Of a stretch of 64,000 nt of DNA, positions 36,296-46,703 are shown in pieces. The first letter of the stretch is position 1; each line of letters opens with the position of its first letter. The stretch comes from Lepidodermella squamata (Eukaryota > Animalia > Gastrotricha): contig JBLDXI010000007.1 in the NCBI GenBank assembly GCA_047495785.1, forward strand, positions 3,410,001 to 3,474,000, read 5' to 3'. The notes below the pieces were generated by a model that had not been told where the DNA came from, made no database searches, and was given only the letters and a program-made list of their open reading frames with translations. Position numbers and translations under genes: made by a program.

Positions 36296-38599
36296 ATGTC
36301 GCTGAAACTTGCAGCTCTTACCTTGCTCTTCGCAGTGGCCACGGCTGATGTAGCCAGGCAAAATGTTGGCTCGTGGCCAAGACCTGAAAACATCAGGCTT
36401 TTCGTGCCATTTGACGGCGAGACGAAAATGGATGATGTCGTCTTCGGGGCTAAACCTGATGCGGAGCTGTGGGCAACGCTAAGAGCCGATTTAGCTGGAC
36501 CTTTCGGCATCAAAGGGACATCGTATGGTATTGAAACATCGCCATCATACATCTGCAGTTATGACAAACAAGTCTCGACAACCATGTCATTCACGTATGC
36601 TTTCTATTACTACTACGAGGACAGCGAATTACGTGATGCGAAAAATAACGCAATCCTCCTCAATGACAATCCGCCCATCTTCGGAGTAGGCTTCTCCGGC
36701 AGCGATGGCTTGGAAATCACGTCATATGGAGAGGTGATTGCGAATGTCGCCAAGATTCTGAAACCGAAGAAATGGAACTTCATCGCAACGTCATACAACG
36801 ATGATGAAAAGCGACTGACGATTCATGATGGTGATGGCAATCTTTTGCACCAAGCTAGTGCCACTATTACTCCCCCTCTTTACACCTGGTCCCATCGTCT
36901 GTTTGCTGGTCTCCATTACCGCGGAAAAGTGAAGACTAATATCAGAATTGAAGATGCGATTGCTTGTCTTTTCGTCTACAATACTACTTTGACTGGGGCG
37001 GAAATCTCAACCTTGCCGGGTGTTTGTCAGACGAAGGGAAAAGGACCCGCTCCAACTACTAAGCCGCCGACTACAACCACCCCTACCACTACAACCCGAA
37101 CTCCAGCTCGAACTGTATGGCCCCAAGCTGACTATTTAATGGGATTCTGGCCCATGAGTTATAACTACCTGTTGAGCGATGTTAGTCCGAACTTACATCG
37201 ACCCACTGGCCATACTGCAAGTGTTTTCCCTGTCGCTGGCCCATTCGGTGATAAATTCACTGGCATAAAGTTGCACGAGGATCTCACGGATAAGGAGGGC
37301 ATTTTCCACGTGACTACTTCAAAACTCGGAATTCCCAACAATGAATTCACTGTATCGCTATTTTTCCAAATCTACGACCCAAGTTCGGCTGGAGGTGGTC
37401 TTTTCGAGTACATTGACAAATCAGGGTCGAACAAGGCCTTCCAATTCCGTTACGTCAACGGAACAACCATCGAACTCGCTGCCAATGGTAATATCATAGG
37501 TCAGTATACCATGATTCAGCAAAAGGGAGTATGGACCTTTGTTGCGTTCACATTCGATGGCTCGAAGCTGACAGTCTACAGCCGACATGGCGTGTTCAGC
37601 CCAGCAAAAGTCGAGCCAGATGTTCTTGCCTCAATCGCTGCCAGTAACAACGGCATTAGAATCGGCCATGCCTCGAAATGGGATCGCTCAATCACAACAT
37701 CGGACTCTTTAGCGTGTCTGATGGTCTACTCCAAGGCTTTGACCGCCTTCGAGGTGAAGCAAGCCGTGTTTTCATGCCGTATTGTAAGTGGATCGGTTCC
37801 TTGTGGCACCCCCAAAGTCCCAATCTCCCCTATTCCAAGTTCGACTAACAAGATCGCTGTACCAAGACCAGGCCAGTTCCCTTGGGTTGCCTCTCTACGC
37901 CACAAGTCCAAGCACATTTGTTCTGCAACAATTATTGATGCTTACTGGCTGCTGACCGCTGCTAAATGTGTTGAAGGTGCGACGACACCTGAAGACTATT
38001 CAGTCAGCATAGCCGACCATGATTTATCAGTCGATGAACCTTACTCTTCGACGCATATTATCCGGAAAATTTTGATTAAAAAGGACGTTGCGTTGGTTTA
38101 TATCGATGACCCTATCGATTTCCGAACTGACTACGTCAATGACGCTTGTTGGATGGCTGTGGGTGATCGGAAGGATCTGGAGCTGTCAGGGACTCAATTC
38201 GTTGTGGGTTGGGGCGCAAATGGGCGATCACCTGTTGGTAGCCAAACCCTCCCGCGCTACACCCCAGGCTTATTGGGCTCGCCTAGTGCATGCTCCGCGG
38301 CTTGGGGGTCTGACTTTACTGAGGGTGAAGATTGGTGTTTCACACCCTCGCCTACTGATAAAAGCGTCCCTTGCACCGGGGATGAGGGATCCCCGGTTCT
38401 CGTTCCCGCAGTCTCGAAGCCTCAGCTCGGATACGGCGAGAGGCTTGTTCAAATCGGTGTCTACTACAAGCGAGATGAGGGCTGCACAGGTGATAAACCT
38501 GCCTTATTCAGCGCTACGGAGCAGTACGGAACTTGGATATCCGAGCAGCTAGCATGCGCTGTACCTGGTGTAGCACAGCCTTCCTCTTGTCCGCAGTAA
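36296..38599 (+). CDS. Secreted protein: two LamG/pentraxin-like domains + catalytically inactive trypsin-like domain
   Basis: Signal peptide; two repeats with W(N/T)F(I/V)A and IACLFVYNTTLT / LACLMVYSKALT motifs separated by a Thr-rich linker; GQFPWVASL, CSATII, TAAKC, DVAL, GDEGSP. Confidence 0.85.
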   Translation: MSLKLAALTLLFAVATADVARQNVGSWPRPENIRLFVPFDGETKMDDVVFGAKPDAELWATLRADLAGPFGIKGTSYGIETSPSYICSYDKQVSTTMSFTYAFYYYYEDSELRDAKNNAILLNDNPPIFGVGFSGSDGLEITSYGEVIANVAKILKPKKWNFIATSYNDDEKRLTIHDGDGNLLHQASATITPPLYTWSHRLFAGLHYRGKVKTNIRIEDAIACLFVYNTTLTGAEISTLPGVCQTKGKGPAPTTKPPTTTTPTTTTRTPARTVWPQADYLMGFWPMSYNYLLSDVSPNLHRPTGHTASVFPVAGPFGDKFTGIKLHEDLTDKEGIFHVTTSKLGIPNNEFTVSLFFQIYDPSSAGGGLFEYIDKSGSNKAFQFRYVNGTTIELAANGNIIGQYTMIQQKGVWTFVAFTFDGSKLTVYSRHGVFSPAKVEPDVLASIAASNNGIRIGHASKWDRSITTSDSLACLMVYSKALTAFEVKQAVFSCRIVSGSVPCGTPKVPISPIPSSTNKIAVPRPGQFPWVASLRHKSKHICSATIIDAYWLLTAAKCVEGATTPEDYSVSIADHDLSVDEPYSSTHIIRKILIKKDVALVYIDDPIDFRTDYVNDACWMAVGDRKDLELSGTQFVVGWGANGRSPVGSQTLPRYTPGLLGSPSACSAAWGSDFTEGEDWCFTPSPTDKSVPCTGDEGSPVLVPAVSKPQLGYGERLVQIGVYYKRDEGCTGDKPALFSATEQYGTWISEQLACAVPGVAQPSSCPQ

Positions 38600-38926
38600 T
38601 GAAACATTCCATTTCTCAATTTTCAAAGCTTGCAGTTATCGTGGCTTACGTTTCTATGAGTAGAATAAAGACCAAGAACTTCAGACTTTATTATCGGAGG
38701 GTATTTTGTAACTTCACCATCTCTATCGATTCATATCTTCAAGGCGGCGTAACCCTGATTTCGTTTGGTAATGCAGCAGGTGAAGTTTCAGCGACACGAG
38801 ATACCCTGATAAGAGCTTCTTATCTCTTATCGTCTGGCGACTCGATTCTGTGGATAAGAGATAAGAGATAACTCTTTGAGAGAACCTCACAGAAGTCATC
38901 CGTAATCTTTATACTGTCACTGAACT

Positions 38927-39613
38927 ATGTTTAACCGAGAAAAGGTAGGAACTGTTGCCAACATTTGTCTTAATACCATATCCCATCGAAATAATGTGTC
39001 ACAGGAATTCCTTTTAGCCTGTTTTGAAGGCAAGCCGTTTGATGTTGAAAATGCGCTCGCCCAAGACAGCTGCCTAGATATTATGAATTTTTCCTGCAAC
39101 AGGCGTCTTCACGGCTTGAAAATTGCAGGCCGGCTACTTTTCGATGGAGATACATGCCTTCATCCGATATGTCGGGACGGCCGCGCAGAGATAGCCGAGC
39201 TAATCCTGGAGAAGAAACTCGCCGCCGAGATGCAGTCAAATGGGCTCGATAAACCGGATGCCATTGAATCACTTCGGCTTTTTGTCAATCTTCAAAACTC
39301 AATGGGCGAAACAGCTCTTCATTGCGCAGCTGCTAATGGTCGGCTATCTTGCGTTAGACTCCTTTGCGAATACAACTGCCAGTATCCTGACACTACGACG
39401 CTATGCGATGTGAATCTGGCTGATGAAAATGGATCTACTGCGCTGATGGAGGCGGTCACGTGGGGCAACTTAGACGTCGTCAAATATTTGATTTCTAATG
39501 GAGCTGATATCAATGCTAGAAACTATAGTGGATTCACAGCCGCGGGCCTAACAAGATTTGCTCAGCGTCCAGAAATTCGTGAACTGTTAACACTATTAGA
39601 TGCCGAAGAATAA
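38927..39613 (+). CDS. Ankyrin repeat protein
   Basis: GDTCLH, GETALHCAAANG, GSTALMEAVTWGNLDVVKYLISNGADIN repeats. Confidence 0.85.
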   Translation: MFNREKVGTVANICLNTISHRNNVSQEFLLACFEGKPFDVENALAQDSCLDIMNFSCNRRLHGLKIAGRLLFDGDTCLHPICRDGRAEIAELILEKKLAAEMQSNGLDKPDAIESLRLFVNLQNSMGETALHCAAANGRLSCVRLLCEYNCQYPDTTTLCDVNLADENGSTALMEAVTWGNLDVVKYLISNGADINARNYSGFTAAGLTRFAQRPEIRELLTLLDAEE

Positions 39614-39898
39614 ATGTAACGAATGAAGGGATTTTTTTAACCTTCTCTTACCTCCACATTGCTTTTTATTATTTCAAATTTCAATCAGGTAGAACATTAA
39701 AACAAAAATTGTGTTTAGTTAATCAAATGAGGATAATCAATGAGGTTTTTCCAGCCATGCTTGTAAGGACATAAATACGGATTATTGTTATTGAAGCGAA
39801 AAGTACATGTAAATCTGAGTTAGCTTCTGCATGAACAAAACTGACGCGAAAATATATAAGCCGGTTAGTTTTTCGGATTTTAATTTAGTTAATTCACT

Positions 39899-40334
39899 CT
39901 AAATTGCAGAGCTTTGGATTTGATTTGATTCGATTTACAGCTTGAATCACGGACCTCCTTCAATCAATTAAAATAAATCATTGCACCATTTTTACGGGAC
40001 TAAATCAGTCAAATCAAATCACCGACACCGATAAATCACAAAAAATCGGGATTTTCACGAGGTTGTGGCCTTCAAAATTCAAGAAATCGATAAAACATCG
40101 CGATTCTGAAACTATCGTCTCTCTCTAAACCAATTTTTCATCAAAAAGGAGGGGAGATTCTACTTCCACGTCATCAATTTTTGCGATTGCATCCCCGAGG
40201 ATAAATCAATATCAATCAAATCAAATGCTTCCCCGCTTAAATTAATCATTTCAAATCTAAATCAGTGAAAATGGGGTCTAAATCAAATCAAATCAAATCC
40301 AAAGCAAATCCAAAGCAATTTACTAAATTGCAGA
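39899..40334. mobile_element. MITE-like element rich in aaatc repeats
   Basis: gctttggatttgatttgatt ... aatcaaatcaaatccaaagc inverted ends; ctaaattgcaga occurs at both flanks; similar remnant near 51380-51520. Confidence 0.6.
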
Positions 40335-40352
40335 ATAGTTATTTTGGCTTCT

Positions 40353-43300
40353 TCAAAATACTATCATGCTTGTGTAGACATTCAGCCCAACGAAAATGTC
40401 AAGGCTTAGTAACGCAATTGCAAGATCAAGCGCTCGGGCGTAACTCAGCCTTAGTTTTCCGAACGGGATTCGATCATCGTCATCGATCAAAGACGAGTAG
40501 CGAGCACATGCCGCAAACATGATAGCTGCGTAAAGCGTGATTAGCGATGTGAGTCCACATAGGACAAGAATGTACTCGGCCATGAGAACGGATTCAGATG
40601 TTTCTGGTATGCTGCTGAGGACATCAGATCGAATGACAATCATGCTGAGTAGCAATGTTCCTGAAAAAGCTGGACGATCGGGGCAATTCGGCTGGAAAAT
40701 TAGCGTAGCAAAAACCAGTACCATCAACATTACACAAGGTGCCCAGTTGTTCAGAAGGTATGGCGCAGGCTCGCGACAGAAAGCCAAAGTGAATTTGGCA
40801 TAACCAGACGTAGCATTTGCGCGGAGAATGGACGACGTGATACCGTGAGAGTGTGAAGCGCTCTCAAGTCTCCAAAGCTCACTTTCGAAGGATCCGTCAA
40901 ATGTTAAACGCGTTCCATTAAAATCAAGAAATTTCACAGCTTCGTCTAGCATGAAGGTAAAATCGCATTTCTGTGAATCAAAAGGAAACTTTCTCAACTT
41001 CAAACTGCATTTCGCAGTCATGACACCATAACGCATCCAGTGAAAAAACAGTGTCCGATTGGGCGTTGTTGGATAGTAGGCAATGTGGATATGTTCCTTC
41101 CAGGCTAAACTTTCGAGAAACAAGTCAGACGATGTGTTGACAAATCGCATGATTGGAACCCAAATATCATTCCGGTTAACAGTGTAAACTCGATCTGCTT
41201 CGTTCACATTTGGAGCTGTGACTACTTGCGGGCAGTCGAAAACCGGTCATTGAACTGTTAATTGAACGCCGGCCAGAATCTCTCTAGCCTTGGCGTCAAT
41301 GTCAACGAGATTTTTCATTATAAGAGTGATGTAGATTTTAGTATCAAATGCTGGAGATCTACATAGAGTAATTCATCAAACGATTTTCAGCTAAAATTTT
41401 GGAAATAAGTACCTGACTTTTGGCGCGAGAAACTTGCAAGGTGTCAGGTCATCAATCTCAACCAAAGGTATGATATTACCGTCGATGAGGTTTGGAATCT
41501 GAAATTCCGATGTATTTGTTATGAAATCGTAGGTTCTCTGGATTGGCGTTGTATATATGGTTGTTGTGGTAGACGAGGCCTGCAAAGCCCAAACATTGAT
41601 GTTTTTCACCGCAACATCCGCATTGGAACCATTAACACCGTACATATACAACTCAGCTTTCCCGCCTGCCAAATGATTCGCGCTGAAACCAGGAATTTCA
41701 ACATCCGAAAACAAAACGACTGAGCTTGTATTCCCAGAGCTGGAAATAGGGGCAATGGCGACAGTAACCTTATCGTCAACACTCTGAATTATGATGCGGA
41801 ATTCAGCAGATCCCCAGCCATCGAATACACTCGCTATGGCATTCGATTCGAAGTCGTAAGATAGAGGTATAGTCTCTGTATTCCCTGAAGTTGTGCCATC
41901 ATAGGCCATATACATTTTCCCGCCTTGCCCGAGCTTCAGAGATAAATGGAGCCCGTCAAAATTGCTGAAAGTCCCCATGTGGCCACTTGAATCGTAGGCT
42001 TTATAATTAGAATGATTAGAACGAAAACAATGTCTTCAGGCCAACTTACAAACTGTTGCTGGTGAGTTTGAAATTCCGATAACTAAATACCCGTCTGCAT
42101 TCGGGTTATAGTTCGAAATGATATCCGTCTCGATTCGGAAACCATCGGAGCTCAAACGTGTTGGTAAGGAATGTCCAACACTTGCCGTGCCATAATCGAT
42201 TGTTGGGTAAGTGGTTAGCCTCACCACCCCGGACCCATCGATTTTCGCGCCGCTTGCCAGGGAGAGATTCGCTGCGCTAATAGTAGCTGGAACAGATGCG
42301 TCGAATGAATTTTCAGACAGATAATTTGGCGAGCTCGAGTGCATGTAAGGCAAGCTAAGGGAGTCATAATCCGGTTGACGATTGATTCTCACATTTGATG
42401 GTGAACTAAAAGTCGAAGGAAAGGAGCTTGTACTGGTCACCGTTGATGGTATAGCAGTAGCAGTGCTCGATCTTGTTGATGAGGCCGTGGTCGTGGTTTC
42501 AACGGTTGATAAAGTAGCTGTAGTCGTACTACTTGTTATTTTGGTTGTCGTTGAAACTGGGGTCGATGGGGATGCGGTGGATGTAGTTGGGACGTAAGCA
42601 GTCGTACTACTTGCAGTCAACTTCCACAAGTTGAACGTCTTCAAGGTGTAATTACCTGTTTACAAAATGATCTATAGTCATTCGTTATTCTACGACAACT
42701 CTTGTCACCATAATTGCCGCAAAAACCCATCAAGCGCACTTTGGCAGTTCCTCCGCCCGCGGCGGCACTTGCCCCAGTGACAGAAACATCATTGAAGCAT
42801 ATGTCTGTTTGCGTGGTGCCGTTAGCTGGCAGAGGCGTAATGGCGACAGAGACTTTGTCGTTGTAAAGTTGAATAAACAATCGGTAACTGCTTGAAACGC
42901 TGGACGGCGTGAACAATGTGGAACTGCCGCATCCCGGAGATGAAGTGACGGCAGCCGTTAGCGGTGGGAAGCCCAATTCACCACTAACTCCGACACCGGC
43001 GTACGCCCTACCGTTCGGGCCTAATTCTTGCCAGACGTGAAGCCCCGTTACTCCGGATCCGCGTATTTCGCCCGGGCAGTTATAAGCTATATGAAGAAAG
43101 TGAAAAGTAAACGGGTAACTTTTTGTACTGAAGACGGCATACTTGGCGAGGGTGATGAGGATGAGAAAGTGAGACCATTCCAAGCGAAGCCACTGCTAGG
43201 GAGATATTGGACATCGTAGTCGGCTTCGACGCGAAAATTGCTGACACCGGATGGGATTGTGCTTGAGAGGCTAATCCGACCACCGTCTGCGATTGCATCC

Positions 43301-43559
43301 ATCATTGTAATGCCGGCTGATGTTTGGCCTGCAATTGTGGTCGAGCTGAAAAAGCTGCTTGTGCTGACACTCGAGCCGACGAAAGAGTTTGTCGATTGGA
43401 AAACTGGAACTCCGGAAAACAAGTACGGCAGGGCGAGCGATGCTAAATCGGGAGATTGGCTCATACCTAAAGCAAATCACACATGATGTTGACGATTCTG
43501 GGATTATTACTGATATTACACTCGTGAGTCATGAGTAGAATGAAGAAAATCGTTCCCAT
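40353..43559 (-). pseudogene. G4: lectin-like x2 - mucin - Cys-loop channel fusion with premature stop
   Basis: MGTIFFILLMTHE signal exon; same architecture as the paralogs; in-frame TGA at 41247-41249 (VQ*P where paralogs have VQWP). Confidence 0.8.
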
Positions 43560-44048
43560 TCGTCGTCAGCGTTGAAAGCTGATTTTCAAAACAGTAAATT
43601 CAATCTGATGTTATGGTGTTTGCGATTGTAGATAAGTAGTGATTGTATGTTTTAGCGTAATTATTAATTCATCTTAATTAAGGCGGCATGAAATATGGCT
43701 CGCTGCCAGTTGCTGGCTTTTCTCTTATAGGTACGAAAATAGATCTGTTGTTTTTCAATTTTTGCACTCAAGTAGAAAGTTGCTAAATTATGCAAAAGTA
43801 TTTTCCAACTCACAGTGTTCTACTAATCTTTCGTCGCCATAACCATGCAGATTTGGAGAAAGAAAATAAATCAAACTGCAAACAGCAAACGACTCCACAA
43901 ATTGATGCTTAGTACACTACGAAATACGAACCTAAACTGCGCTATCCCTCAATCATCCTTCGGTCTCCTTTAGTGAATTGGGTAATTCGACCCTGAGGAA
44001 CAGGCTGGGATGGTCATTTCTAGCTCTGCGCCCTTCCTTCAGTCGATT

Positions 44049-45615
44049 TCATTCATCCAAATGATGAATGAAAATTTCCAGCAGATGTGACGGGCTCAGT
44101 TGGAAGAGCTTCAATGCACTATGGTGATTTCGTACACCTTGAAGAATTACCAATTGAAGAAATTGAGGATGTTGCTGGTGTGGTGTAGCGATAGCAGTTG
44201 AAGCTGATGCCAATGGTGTGCTTGCCGTTGATGTTGTAGCAGTGGCGGCTGACGTCGGCGTTGACGAGGCTGTAGACGCTGTGCTTGCCGTAGAGGTAGT
44301 CGATGAGGAGGTAGACGATGTAGACGGGGTTGTTGTCGTTGTAGACGTTCTTTCAGAAGTTGTAGTTTTGGTTATTGTTGCGGTTGAAGCCGTTGTTGGG
44401 CTCGCATTTAGTTTCCAAAAGTTAAAGTTTTCAACGGTGAAGTAACCTGAGAGTTTTAGGAGAATAACCATTCATACGATCCGGATAATATATTAGTATT
44501 TGATTCCCTATATCGCGGGATGGGCGACAGAACGACTTGGAATAGAAACAAACGACTCTGGAATAGAAACAAATGGAATAGAAACAAACTAACTGTTGCA
44601 TTTTCGCCATGTCAGTCGCGTGCCTGATCAATAGAAGCATTACGCCATCTGTTTCTATTCCAGGTAAGTCGTTCTGTCGCCCACCCCGCGATATACATTT
44701 CCGTTTTCAGAAAATGTTATTTTACGCTCCCCCGTATTGGTACACTTCAATATCGTTCATGGTGATCAGTTAGGTAACGCACCTGATGTGCCGCAGAGAC
44801 CTATCCATCGAATTTTACCACCAATGCCACCACCGACATTAACACCAGCACCTGGAGCCGCAACATCGTTGAAGCAGGTTGAGGTTGTCGTCGTTCCGTT
44901 GGCTGGCAGCTCCGCGATGGCTACAGTTACTTGATCGCCGTAGACCTGAATAATCATTCGGTAACTGTGAGATCTACTAGCCGCATTGAATAATGTCGAG
45001 CTTCCGCAGGCAGGCTGAGAGGTCGCGATCGGCGTCAGTGGCATTGTTCCAGTGCTAAAAAGAGATGCGGTAACCCTGCCGCTCTGACCAAGTTCTTGCC
45101 AAACGGAAAGGCCCGTTATAACCCCATCGACAATGTCTACTGAGCAAAATGCTAATGCAAAATGTTTACGCTTAAAGTTTGCTCTTGTTCAAAGTAAGGT
45201 CTTACCGGCATTATGGCCGTAACTTGACGATGAAAACGTGATACCATAGTAACCGCCGAGACCTGTGTAAACAGCGTCGATATCGATCTCCGCTCGGAAA
45301 TCGTAATCACCAGTGGGAAATTCAGTTCCTGAATGCAGGCGCCTAACAATGTTGTACTGGCCATCATTTATCTGTATCCCGGCTGCGGTTAGCCCAAAGA
45401 CTGAAAATCTACTGAAAAAAGATTGCGAAACAGTGGCTCCGTCGAAAGATACTGATGCTCTATAGTCTGGTGTCCCCGCGTATAAGTACGGCAGTGGCAA
45501 CGATGCGGTGTCGGGATATTGTGCCAGAACTTCAACAATATTTCAAACATTGTCCTCACATAGCATAGAGCTTACCTTCAACAACCAGGAACAATATTAT
45601 TAGGATAGTCTTCAT
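44049..45615 (-). pseudogene. G5: truncated paralog (signal peptide + domain A + mucin only; no domain B or channel)
   Basis: MKTILIILFLVVE/VLAQYPDTASLPLPY; exons 2-4 match G3/G7/G8; the Thr tract ends ~44100-44200 with no downstream channel before G4. Confidence 0.65.
44509..44695. mobile_element. MITE inside G5 intron 3
   Basis: 30-bp terminal inverted repeat with 1 mismatch (tatatcgcgggatgggcgacagaacgactt / aagtcgttctgtcgcccaccccgcgatata), TA ends, subterminal tggaatagaaaca x3 plus one inverted copy. Confidence 0.85.
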
Positions 45616-46703
45616 ATTTGATTTGGGATTCACGTAAAAACAGCTCAAAATGAAAACCCACTAAGCCTACAAGGTGCCCTCTAACCTCGTGCATTATTCA
45701 AAAGTCTTTGCGACAATGCCGACCAGCACTTAGACGCTGTTAAATCATCACTTCACGATTTAAACTATATATTTCGACAAAGAACATTATCATGAATTTC
45801 TGATATCCTTTAGCTAAATCGCAATAAACTTTTACTCGTTCACTGTAATGAACCTTGCTGAAACTTTCAGATTTCACATTCGTGATGAAAATGCATAAAA
45901 AAATTACGCCACGCGCATCTGCCGCTCCACCATCCTCCGCAGCTCACCACGCCGTGGACAATTGTTGTCCAGTTTCTACATTGTGTTTTTCTTTACATTT
46001 GATTTGCTGTGTATTTGCTGGAGGGTGCGCGCTTCTACACAGAGTAAAATCGAAGTATATTAGCTGACCTTTATCGGGGAGCAACAATTGTGTCGCCTAT
46101 TTTCACGCGGATTAGCACTGCTATCCTAGAATGCACGCCACTGGAATAGAATGTCGAGTTTTGACGATATGAACAGAATTCAAAAAAGTACGGTATCTGG
46201 GCAAGATGCCCTTGAATATAGACTGGGGTCTCGCGCAGCGTTTGCCAGGTGGGCTGTGCAATAAGAATGAGAAGTGAGACTTGAAAAAATGCCAACATTT
46301 CGATTACACGAAAATGGACGAGCGTCCAACGATTGGTCACAGCTGACGCCGAATTTCGGAACAATGCTCATGCAGGAGCTTCCTATATTTTCTCACTTAT
46401 TTATCTATGCTACCACGATTGCATTGCTTCTTTTCTGTCATAATGTCCTGTATCACAAGAATCCCGTTAGGTATGCTTTGAGCATTTCAAAGGATAATCT
46501 TCAACCTGAAAATCAAACCATGTTAATCAGTTAATTAATAATTCGAAGGACATATGAATAATTCAGCTACTGTATTCACAAAAACTCAATCTACGAATTT
46601 TGCGTCATGTCATAGATGTTACTGGCATGGATTCTGCATTCAGACTGATAGAAATGAATGTGATTTTCAAACTCGTCATTTCAGTTGTAAGCCAGCCCCA
46701 TGG

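Noticed and set aside
41247-41249. TGA=Trp alternative genetic code or selenocysteine
   Set aside because: TGA terminates many genes here, all other Trp codons examined are TGG, and the paralogous residue is Trp not Cys
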